This document shows positions 25,001 to 37,000 of a stretch of 48,136 nt of DNA, piece by piece. How positions within the stretch are numbered: position 1 is the stretch's first letter; the number at the start of each line of letters is the position of its first letter. Below the pieces are notes generated by a model. It worked only from the letters and a program-made list of their open reading frames with translations. It was not told the DNA's origin and did not search any database. The position numbers were made by a program, and so were the translations under genes. Source of the DNA: Lama guanicoe (lineage: Eukaryota). The stretch spans positions 144,170 through 192,305 of the forward strand of contig MU053917.1 of NCBI GenBank assembly GCA_013239625.1, written 5' to 3'.

Positions 25001-28000
25001 TTACAAATCTAGTTTTTACAAAACCATGTGTTTACCTTTTGTTTTGGAGACCACACATTCCAGAAATACAGATTAATTTTCAGGATGGCTGTTCACCGGT
25101 GTAGGTACAATATTAAGAAGTATGCGTGTGAATTATTTGTACTGATTATTTTGAATTCTGTTTTCACATAACTTCATTCTCACAGTTCTAATCGTATTAT
25201 ACAAGATTACTGGATTATACAAATCTTTACGTATTTTGGAAGTCTGACATTACGTGCTCTGGTTCAGAATCAAAGTGAACGTTGAAAGAAAACCACCATA
25301 GGTTTTCGCATGTCGAGCTAAAATAAGGTATAATTAATATTCATTGGAATAGTAATTTTATTGTAACAGCAGCTGACCCACGTTCTCACTCATGTGCAAC
25401 AGACACACACACAAACGTCTCTGTGTGTTGCTCTCAGTTGTGTTTCAGCACTTACATTGGTTGCTGTTCTTTCCTGTCTTCTGTACGTTTTGGGTGTATT
25501 TTGGGGGATACTTCATAGGAGTTTACCCAGGTGCTTCATGAAAACACAATAGAGGATACAGGCTTCCCATCCCCTGTAGGTTTGTATTCATTTGTTTATT
25601 TTCAATTTCAAGTTGGCTTCTACAGTCATAAGTTAAGTTCTCTTAACTATTTTTTAAATGTTTGCACTGTGTCTGTCAGCAAGAGCAAGTCTGTAACACT
25701 CAGGCTTCTTTCTACAGCTTTAGTAATCATAGCACCTTCCAGTGAATGCCGTCTGTTGATGTTTGAAGGAGATGTGCAGGGATGACACCATCAGCAGATG
25801 AAGGCAGTGTCGTCCCCACACTCCCAGGAGCCTCCTCCTGCTCCCTTTGGGCTCGAGTGTCCGCTCTGTCTTCCCCTAGGAGCCACTTGAGGGGCGCGGT
25901 TGCCTCCTGGAGGCTGGCAGGGGGTTTGTAAAGACGATTCGTTGTGACAGATAAACTGTGAGTGTCTTTGAGGTTCCTCATTATCTCCGGTGTCATTTCA
26001 GATCGCCCACTTTCTGCCTGACCTTCTCCGCCCTGGGCCTGCTGTTTCCGGAGCTCTGTGGAGGCTTGGCACGATGGCTGCCTCCTGGGCTGTTGCTTCA
26101 TTTCTCGTGTTCCTGTTCCGGACCGTCCTTGCTGTGAGTGTTACTACAGTAACTGAGCGGTGTCCTTTTAATCACACCTAACAAGAATTTTGAGAGTCAC
26201 TGGAGTAAATTTAGTTGCATGCCTCAGCCAGAATCCAGGAGTCCCACCCTTTTCTTTGTTTCCTTTCAGATTACTCACATGAACAGAAATTAGTTTTGAA
26301 ATGGAAATTCATTGCAAAATACTGTCTTTTTAGTAAGAACTCAATGAGCAAGACCACAGTGTATTCTCAATGAGAAAACGACAATTTATAAGCCCTTCTT
26401 CTCAGTAACAGAACAGAACTATTTCGTGTTTGGTGAGCCCATCGCTGTTCCCACGTGGCCCTGCCTGTGTGGGGGGTGACGGGACCAGGAAGCTCAGCGC
26501 TCCCTGAGCAGCCTGTGAAGTTAGGGGAGCGCCGTGAGTGCCCGCCTGCCCCCCGCAGACGCGTGCTCCCGCAGCCCGTGGTTACCGCCGGCGTCTGGCC
26601 CTGTGACGGTACTCCCGTATCTCGTCGAGGTTTGGGCTGGCCTCAGTATCTCATCATCATTCAAAGTTTTGAATAAAAAAAATGTTTTGAGGGTCAAGGA
26701 GATGTGTGATTGCATGGCATTAAAGTGCAGTCCTGCCTGGGTTTACTGAGCTGTGATTCCTGACGTGGTGGCTCGCGTCTGAGTCAGGAGGCACTTTGGT
26801 TTCTGAAATGGTCGCCGCCTGTCCTGCTGCTGCTCGTGCTCTTATTCCAGCCGTTGCCCACGTCCGTTCTCATTTGCTGCCTTCTTAGGTGCCCCTGTGT
26901 GTTCAGTGGTCCTCAAAAGTCTTAGGACCTCATGTGTGACAACTGTGCATCAGTTCAGCACACAGTCAGCTCTGCATAAGGTTTCAGAAAAGCTTGTAGT
27001 GAGTCACACGGGCTTATCCTAGTGTAAAGGTGTTGCCTGCATTTTTCTTTTAGTTCCCCCCCTTTTTTTTTCAAGGTTATACAACAACCCAGGCTCTGAC
27101 TTTAGTGTGGATGTGTAAGGTTTGACAATAAAAAATTCAGATAAATGATGCATCCTTGTATTTGTAAGAACGTCTTATGAACATAAAATAGTTAACAAGC
27201 ATTATAAAAGTTAAGTAGATTGGTGTTTATTTAATAGAATGTAAGCCGATCTTGTGGCCCCAAATCAGTTATTTACCCTTGTGCCTTCTATCAGAAATGG
27301 TGAGTGAAAGATCGTGCCTGAAATAGGAAATGCTGATTTTCGTTATTTTCAATGATATAAATTGTTATGCTGAACCGGAATGCTAATCGTCGTTTCAGTG
27401 GATTACTGTTTTGATAGTTTATTACAGACTGTATATTTACTAATTATATGTTTTGACATCAAGTTTAATTTTGCTTCTTTCTCTCCTAGATGAAGCGTCC
27501 AAAGAAGTATCAAGGTAAGATATTGGGGTCTAGTTTTCTCTGTAATATATTCTCATTACTGGGATTCAGTGTGGATTTTAATTCAACTAAGAGTAAACAC
27601 AGTGACTTCTGATGTCAGACCTCTGAACTCTTGAAAAATTTCCTCCTGGGATGGTGTGTACATGACACCATAGAGGAAGTTGGCGTCTATTGAGCTAAGA
27701 AGCCAGGAGGGTCACAGGAGGAGGGAGACCAGGATGAGTTTGATTTTGCATAGAAACCTTTAGGAAGCAGGTGATGAGAAGAGTGATGTTTGCAGTGACT
27801 CCCTGATGTGACCTGGGTCTTGGTGAAGAGTAAAGGTGCTGAAACACCAGTGGAGCCTGTCAGGACGCTCCAGGCTGAGGGGGGACGCAGGTGTACCCAG
27901 GCGTGTGTGGCACAGCTGAGGGGAAGCATGGGCTGTGACCCGGAAGTGAAGGGGGCCATTAATGCCGGTCGAGACTTAATGAAAGGGACGCAGCCTGAGG

Positions 28001-31000
28001 TTGGTGCTTTCTGTGCAGGCTTCACGGACTCTGCTGACCGAGTAGGGGTGTGCGTGGTGGTCAGGGCGGCTGCCCGGTGCTCAGTAGGCCCTCAAGGACT
28101 GGTGTTGGTGACAGTGGATGCAGAAGTGCTGGTGCTGAGAAGAGGGATCTCAGCATCAGAGCTTCCCCGCTGGGCAGAGAGATGCGTGTGCGCTGTGTGG
28201 TCACATGAGGGAATTAAATGCCCGAGAGAGAAGCCTGGTTCTCAGGGCCGCGTTCTGGAGCGTCACACATGGAGTCACCTGTGGCCGACTGCTTTGTGTG
28301 TGCTGGTGTCCTGAAGCAGTGATGGGAGCATTCTCATCCTGGGGATGGAAAACTTGTCTTCAGGGCCTGTGAGTCACCCAGGTCCTCCAGTGACTAGGTG
28401 GGGAAGCCCCCATGGTACGGAAGTGTCTAATTCCAACGACCTTGTCCTTCAGGGCCCCCAGTGTGGTTTCCATGACAGGCAGTCAGCTGGGCAGCAGGAA
28501 GATGGGGAGGCATCTTTGAGTAGCCAGTCGACATTTTGAACTTGCCTTCTGTGGAATTGCACTTAGGGTCTAGAAGTGAGGTCAACGTGAATGAAATAAG
28601 GTTGTTTTTTTTAAACAGAGACTTATTTATTTACCTTCATAATTGGATATTTGATCTTTGTTCCATCCCTGGTGGTGACATAATTATTTGAAGTGACTGA
28701 ATTTTCTAGGAATGGTGCTTGGAGATGGGAGGGAAATTAGGAAAAGACTTTTTATTGTATTTCTTCATCTTTGAAAACATTTTAAATGGGAATATCATTG
28801 AATCCAGCTTTTCTTACATATAAAATGCTACTAAATTTTGTTTCCTTCAAGCACAATAGTAAAGCTGAAAAGTTAGTTACACTCATGGTACCAGTCAGAT
28901 AATGTGTCTCTGCTGCTGATACATTGGGATAATTCAATTTAACTGGGTTTTCCTACCAGTCCTACAAATTGCTTTATCTTCTTTTAGTTAACTTACTGCG
29001 AACAAATAAGAAGATCAATAGCTTCATGAAAACAAACAGAGAACTTTCAAAAAGTATATCTTTGTTGGAACAGAAGGTACCGTCCTCTTCTTGTTTTTCA
29101 TGATTTCACCTGCACCTCCTTCCACCTCTGAGAGCTCGGCAAGTTTTCTCTCTTTTGTTTCATCCTGCTGTCCCATTTCATATGTTCCACAAAGAGTCCA
29201 AATTCACAGCCAGCCTCATAGATGCGAAGCACTGCTTTCTGTGTTTGTGGGAGGAATCACACACAGAAGAGATGATGGTCTAACACTGTAATTAATGCTT
29301 GTAATCCTGATTCCTTTTTCCGCAGATCACTGAGTCAAAGATAAGTCGCCGAGACACCACTCGTCACAATAGGATGCTCTCTGGGGAAGCCCTTAAATTT
29401 AAGGTAAAACTCCTCCTTTCCCTGGATCACACTCCAAGAGCGGTGGCACGATAAGGCGGAGCTGTCACTGATGCAGCGTGTGTTGTTGGAGGGTAGCATC
29501 TCTGAGCGACAGCCTCCACGTCCGCGCGGGGCCGGCTCCGGGAGAGCCTGGCACTGCTGCGCTGGCCGGCATGGGGCTCCGAGGCGCTCTGTGCACTGGG
29601 CAGGCTGTGCGTTCCCCTCCTCTTGCTTTTGTCCACAGCAGAGTGTGGGAGTTGGGAGCGGCACCTCCCTGTGAACAGTGACCCAGAATTTCATGGTCTA
29701 AAACCTCCGTGACTTTTCCTATTTCAGAGACTAGGAAATACATTTTACTTTCACAACCTAGGGAGTTTTCTTGCCACTCACAGCGCCCTCCGAGATACAT
29801 GGAAAATGCCAGGAAACACCTGAGAGGGGAAGGAAGTTGCTAGCCAAGGAGTACAGCCCCTTGCCCTGTTGATGTTCAACAGGGAACTTTCCATGTGAAT
29901 TTGGATAAACTGGGTGTGTATTCCACCAGGGACACTCATTTGTGAGCTCTTCGACATGATAAGTTTCCCACCCTTGCTTCCCCTTGTCGTCCGGTCGTGC
30001 CTCCCATTGTCCAGTGAGGAGGAAGTCTGTGGAGGTGAGGAAGTAGCTGTGCCTGGAGGTCTTTCTTTGTTCTGCATTTCTTCGTGGGCTTGACATTCGT
30101 CCCGGGCCCAGCCTGGATCAGCCGCCATCACAGGAAACTTAGGGGTGGCTGTGGGAAGCATGGGCTGTGACCCGGCAGTGAAGGGGGCCATTAGTGCCGG
30201 TCGAGACTTAATGAAAGGGACGCAGCCTGAGGTTGGTGCTTTCTGTGCAGGCTTCACGGACTCTGCTGACCGAGTAGGGGTGTGCGTGGTGGTCAGGGCG
30301 GCTGCCCGGTGCTCAGTAGGCCCTCAAGGACTGGTGTTGGTGACAGTGGATGCAGAAGTGCTGGTGCTGAGAAGAGGGATCTCAGCATCAGAGCTTCCCC
30401 GCTGGGCAGAGAGATGCGTGTGCGCTGTGTGGTCACATGAGGGAATTAAATGCCCGAGAGAGAAGCCTGGTTCTCAGGGCCGCGTTCTGGAGCGTCACAC
30501 ATGGAGTCACCTGTGGCCGACTGCTTTGTGTGTGCTGGTGTCCTGAAGCAGTGATGGGAGCATTCTCATCCTGGGGATGGAAAACTTGTCTTCAGGGCCT
30601 GTGAGTCACCCAGGTCCTCCAGTGACTAGGTGGGGAAGCCCCCATGGTACGGAAGTGTCTAATTCCAACGACCTTGTCCTTCAGGGCCCCCAGTGTGGTT
30701 TCCATGACAGGCAGTCAGCTGGGCAGCAGGAAGATGGGGAGGCATCTTTGAGTAGCCAGTCGACATTTTGAACTTGCCTTCTGTGGAATTGCACTTAGGG
30801 TCTAGAAGTGAGGTCAACGTGAATGAAATAAGGTTGTTTTTTTTAAACAGAGACTTATTTATTTACCTTCATAATTGGATATTTGATCTTTGTTCCATCC
30901 CTGGTGGTGACATAATTATTTGAAGTGACTGAATTTTCTAGGAATGGTGCTTGGAGATGGGAGGGAAATTAGGAAAAGACTTTTTATTGTATTTCTTCAT

Positions 31001-34000
31001 CTTCGAAAACATTTTAAATGGGAATATCATTGAATCCAGCTTTTCTTACATATAAAATGCTACTAAATTTTGTTTCCTTCAAGCACAATAGTAAAGCTGA
31101 AAAGTTAGTTACACTCATGGTGCCAGTCAGATAATGTGTCTCTGCTGCTGATACATTGGGATAATTCAGTTTAACTGGGTTTTCCTACCAGTCCTACAAA
31201 TTGCTTTATCTTCTTTTAGTTAACTTACTGCGAACAAATAAGAAGATCAATAGCTTCATGAAAACAAACAGAGAACTTTCAAAAAGTATATCTTTGTTGG
31301 AACAGAAGGTACCGTCCTCTTCTTGTTTTTCATGATTTCACCTGCACCTCCTTCCACCTCTGAGAGCTCGGCAAGTTTTCTCTCTTTTGTTTCATCCTGC
31401 TGTCCCATTTCATATGTTCCACAAAGAGTCCAAATTCACAGCCAGCCTCATAGATGCGAAGCACTGCTTTCTGTGTTTGTGGGAGGAATCACACACAGAA
31501 GAGATGATGGTCTAACACTGTAATTAATGCTTGTAATCCTGATTCCTTTTTCCGCAGATCACTGAGTCAAAGATAAGTCGCCGAGACACCACTCGTCACA
31601 ATAGGATGCTCTCTGGGGAAGCCCTTAAATTTAAGGTAAAACTCCTCCTTTCCCTGGCTCACACTCCAAGAGCGGGGGCACGATAAGGCGGCGCTGTCAC
31701 TGACGCAGCGTGTGTTGTTGGAGGGTAGCATCTCTGAGCGACAGCCTCCACGTCCGCGCGGGGCCGGCTCGGGGAGAGCCTGGCACTGCTGCGCTGGCCG
31801 GCACGGGGCTCCGAGGCGCTCTGTGCACTGGGCAGGCTGCGCGTTCCCCTCCTCTTGCTTTTGTCCACAGCAGAGTGTGGGAGTTGGGAGCGGCACCTCC
31901 CTGTGAACAGTGACCCAGAATTTCATGGTCTAAAACCTCCGTGACTTTTCCTATTTCAGAGACTAGGAAATACATTTTACTTTCACAACCTAGGGAGTTT
32001 TCTTGCCACTCACAGCGCCCTCCGAGATACATGGAAAATGCCAGGAAACGCCTGAGAGGGGAAGGAAGTTGCTAGCCAAGGAGTACAGCCCCTTGCCCTG
32101 TTGATGTTCAGCAGGGAACTTTCCATGTGCATTTGGATAAACTTGGTGTGTATTCCACCAGGGACACTCATTTGTGAGCTCTTCGACATGATAAGTTTCC
32201 CACCCTTGCTTCCCCTTGTCGTCCGGTCGTGCCTCCCATTGTCCAGTGAGGAGGAAGTCTGTGGAGGTGAGGAAGTAGCTGTGCCTGGAGGTCTTTCTTT
32301 GTTCTGCATTTCTTCGTGGGCTTGACATTCGTCCCGGGCCCAGCCTGGATCAGCCGCCATCACAGGAAACTTAGGGGTGGCTGTGGGTCCTGGCTGAGAA
32401 GGGGCAGGATTCCACATGGGTTGAAGAGAAGCAACTGCCCATCAGAAGAAACCAGGACTTGCTGGAAGAGATTGACAGGCTGGCGGTGGAAGAGGACCAG
32501 CTAAAGAAGGAAATGCAAGACGCAGGGGGTGAGGAGGAGCTGTTAGGACCGCCAGTGCTAGAACCTGAAGTACAAGGCCCTGTCTGCTGTAAACGCTCAA
32601 ATGCCGCAGTGTCTTCGACCCCAAGCTGAGATTCATACGGAGTCCCAGATGCGCTCAGGCCTGTGGAAGGGGACGTGTGACACTTGCTTTCTTTTCTTTT
32701 TAAAATCTGAATGTTCAGAATCATTTCACTGCACTAGTACCGTCTGGAGAGAATGCTCCCCAAGTCTCTGGACGTGTACCAGGGCTAACAGATTTACTGT
32801 CTACAGTTTGTTTTGCACTTCACAAATAACTTGTTTTTGAAAAATAAAGTTACACTTTCTGAGCATATCACCCTGAGTGTCCAGTGAAATCTTAGTACAC
32901 GCTTTGTTTCTATCCTGGGTGAAGATACTGGAAAAAGGAAAATCTCCAGAGAACTTGAAAGGTGCTATTTCAATGAATACTTGAGGAATTTCGGAGGTAA
33001 ATGCCTCCAGGTGCAGCAGGACTTCGTTGTACACATCAGCTTTCACAAGGAACAGCAATTTCGTGCCCTAGATGATTAAAATGTTGATACCTATTCAAAT
33101 TATTTTTCTTGAGAATTAAGTCATCAATGAGAATGTTTTGCTTTAGATTGAAATTTCTCTTAATAAAGCTCGTGTCCACGAAGCCACAGTGAAATGTGCA
33201 GAAGTGTGTGTGCGGGAGGATGCGCAGCTCAGCAGCAAGGAGAGGGTCACAGACGTTAGTCCCCCCCAGAGATGCTTACCTCAGAGAGCCAAGCACCACT
33301 GTGTCAGTGTTCAGTTGTGCTGTGGCGCACGCGGAGCCGATGGCCTGTCTTAGCCGTTTCCATGTGTACGGCCTTGTCGCGTTAAGTACATTCACGTTGC
33401 TGTGGATCAGTACTTCTTGAACGTCTTTTCTCACATCTGTCTTGCAGCCAGGTGGTTTGAAGACAAGATCTGAGCTTGGGATGCAAAGAACCGTGATGAC
33501 TGAGGACTGCAGCCTGGAAGGTATGTTGCTTCTTGAGATGAAGACCTCATATGCAGGCTTCCTGGGAGGTAGTGTGCTTCAGTGTCAGACCCCTGAGATA
33601 AAATAAATATAATAGAGTCGAACAGGGTTTTTTCGGTTTGTTTTCCAGTGCATGTAAGTTATGTTTATACTATACTGTAGTTCATTAAGTGAGCAATGCC
33701 ACGGTGTCTAAAAACCCCAATGTTCATAACTTAATTAAAATATACTTTATTACTAAAAGCTACCAGCTGTCCTCGGAGCCTTCAGTGAGGTGTTGTCTCT
33801 TTGTTGGTGGATGGTGCTGAATTGATGTTGGTGGCTGCTGACCGATCATTGTGGCGGTTGCTGAAGATTGGTGTGGCTTTTGCAGTTTCATAGCATGAGA
33901 CCAGAATGAAGTTTGTCACAGGATTAACTCTCCCTTTCAGGAACAAGTCGTCTGTAGCAGGCAGTGCTGTTTGATAGATTTTACACACAGGAGAACTTCT

Positions 34001-37000
34001 TTCCAGATTGGGGTCAGTCCTCTCAAACCCTGCGGTAGTTTCTCAGCTAAGTTCATGCACTCTCGTAAGTCCTTTGTTATTTCAACCTTCTTCACAGCAT
34101 CTTCACCAGGAGTAGATTCCATCTCGAGAAAACAATTTCTTTGCTCGTCCATAAGAAGTAGCTCCTCATTCGTGCACATTTACCACACGGTTGCAGCCGT
34201 TCAGTCACATCTTCGGGTTCCGCGTCTAACTCTGGTTCTCCTGCTATTTTCAGCACATCTGCAGTTCTTCCTGCACTGAGGTCTTGAGCCCCTCAATGTC
34301 ACACATCAAGACTGGAATCGATTCCTTCCAAACCCCGGTTCATGTTGATAGTTTGACTTCTTCCCATGAATCACAGATGTTCTTAATGACATCTAGAATA
34401 GAAAATCCTTTTCAGGAACTTTCCCATTCATTTGCCCAGACCCATCAGTGGTGTCACTACCTTTGGCAGCTAAAACCTTCCAAGGTGTATTTCTTACATA
34501 ATCAGATTTGAAAGTCATAATTACTTCCGCATCCGTGGGGTGCAGAATGGATATCGTGTTAAGCATGAGGACAGCATTCATCTCATAACATCTCCCTCAG
34601 GTCTCCTGGGTGACCGGGTGCATCACCAATGAGCAGTAACATTTTGAAGGAAATGTTTTGCGTCTTTTTTAAGCAGTAGGACTCAACAGTGGGCTAAAAT
34701 ACTCAGTCAACCATGATGTAAGCAGATGTGCTGTCGTCCAGGCTTTGTTGCATTTATAGAGCACAGAGTAGATTTCACATGATGCTTATGGGATGTAGGA
34801 CTTCCAGAGTGTTAAATGAGCATTGGCTTCAGGGTACAGTCACCAGCTGCGTTGGCCCCTCACAAGAAGATCAGCCTGTCCACGGAAGCCTCGATGCCAG
34901 GCGCTGACTTCTCCTCTCCAGCTGTGACTGTGCTGGGCGGCCTCCCCTTGCAGTTCTCTGCATTGAAAATCTGTTTCGTGCAGCCACCTTCATTGGCTGT
35001 CTTAGCGTCACCTCCTGGAGCACTTGCAGCAGCTTCTGGGTTAGGTCTTCCCGCCTTACCCTTGCACAGATATGCAGTGGTGATGGAGTCTTGCCTTAAA
35101 CTTCATGGATCAAGCCTGTGGCTTCATACCTCTCTCGCGTAGCCTCTTCGTCTCTCTCAGGTTTCCTAGAATTGCTGAGTTAGGGACTTCCCCTGGATTA
35201 GGCTTTGTCTTAAAGGAATGTCATGCTTCTTTTAAATCAAAATGATAAAGAATGAAATATTTCAAGAAATACCAAAATGTGACACAGAGATAAGAAATGA
35301 GCAAATGCTGTTGGGAAAAAATGTCACGGATAAAGTTGGTGGACTCGGGGGTGCTACATGTCTTCAGTTTGTTTGAAAAAACAAAACAAACATCATGAAG
35401 GGCAGTGAAATGGGACATGTGTGTTGTAGACATGAGCTTGCTCTGGGAAGGTAAGTGGATTCCTGCCTTCAGGATTCTCTCCTTTCTCCACCCCCAGCTC
35501 AGCCAAGCTCTTGTGTGCGCACGTACACGTGCAGAGACAATTGTTTTGTGTTTACAGAAAGTGAAAAGAAAGCGCAAGCCCACCACGCTGCGTCGGGGTG
35601 TCTGAAAGTGGGGAAGGAAGCCAGTCTCCACCGGCGGGAGAAGAAAGTGCGCTTCCTTGATGAAATCTGTGGAGAAGGAAGTTTGGGCACCCAAGGGTAA
35701 GGCGTTCCGTGTTAATTCCGACACATGCTGCCGTGTGAATGAATGTGTGGAAACGTGGATGTCACGATGTGTGTCAGAATTCCCACCACCATTTTTTACC
35801 GTGTTTGACCTGGACGTGTTTGGTTTACTTTCCTGCCGTGATTTGTCACCTGCTGCTTTTCATCCTGACTGGTCACCGGAGGTCTTGCTTGCGTTTAGTT
35901 TGACATCTTAGCGGGTTCTTGGGCCAGATTCAATCACTTCGTTATCTGGATCCTCCTGAGTCCATTTTCATTGTCCTTCGGTTTCAAGCCCATCATAGTG
36001 TCATGATCTGCCGTGCATCCATAACGTTTATTAAACTCTAGACGCTGTGTAGAAAATAGAGAAAATCGGAGGCCTCGTGTGAGGTTAACTTGCTGCAGAG
36101 AAGGTGGGCGTTACAGCTGGCAGGTGATCAGGGCGCCAGCAGTGCTGCGCCTGTTAACCCAGTTAGCAGCTGAGATCAGTCAGTGTAGGCTCAGCCCTCC
36201 TGAGGCCCGTGTGTCTCCTGTCCACCTCTACTCCTGGCACGTAGCTCTCGTGGATCCCACCTAAGGCCTGCGGGGCTCCCTAGGAATCACCTGCGCTGAC
36301 GGCCGTGAGCTCCAGCCGTCTGACTGCAGTGTCCGTGTGTGGGGAGGTGGGTCACCAGCTGCCGGGCTGCTGTGTGCCTCAGTGGTTTCCTCTGTAGTTG
36401 CCGGGTGAGCCCTGGGGAAGGTGGACCCCGTCCTGGGCTTCCTTCTCCATCTTGGCGTCATGTTCCTTCCTGGCTTGTTAGCAACTTGGTACCTTTGTTC
36501 ATGGACTTCATAATTTGTCCAGCATTTCCTTTCATTCTCAGGGGGAGGTCATGGACTTCACACCCATTAACCCACGTTCAAAAGGAAACATTTTCTTCTG
36601 TTCCCTGAAGAACCAGGTTTTGCCCCAGGCTTTGACTGAAATCAGGGCTCTCCATGGGAGAAATGAAATGAGTCATGAACGCTTGCTTCATCCTAATGTG
36701 TTCGGTTGTGATGACTTGGTCAGGCCGTGTGTCCCATGTTGAAACGCAGTGAGCTCGCGCTGTCCCGGTCACAGGAGCCTGAGCCTGGGGGCGCCCGGAG
36801 CGCAGCTCACTTGGGCTCTTCCTGTGAGCGTACTTTATGCACAAGTGATTAGGGATGGAGACGCTGAAGGGAAGCTCGGGTACCAAACACTTGCCAGAGG
36901 TCTGAGTTTAATTTTTTCATACCTATTAATGGGGCCTTTAATTCTTTCCTCTGTATTTGTCAGTCTGTGCATTTATGGGGAAGGGCGAAAGGAACATTGA

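Larger units (their letters stand above)
27921..32387 (+). repeat. Tandem duplication, unit 2232 bp (27921-30152 and 30153-32384)
   Basis: Matching ORFs offset by exactly 2232 (28345/30577, 29091/31323). Scattered single-base differences between copies. GGG microhomology at the junctions. Confidence 0.97.

Noticed and set aside
25782..25931. ATG-initiated frame just upstream of the TM exon as the gene start
   Set aside because: It hits TAA before a convincing in-phase donor.
27808..28314. 168-aa ORF, repeated in part at 30145
   Set aside because: Intronic with no recognisable family. Its recurrence is explained by the 2232-bp duplication.
32408..32629. Resemblance of EELLGPPV...SST to the NDUFAF2 C-terminus, and of WVEEK to spectrin repeats
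   Set aside because: Short and patchy. Position in the exon series favours MIA3 origin or chance.
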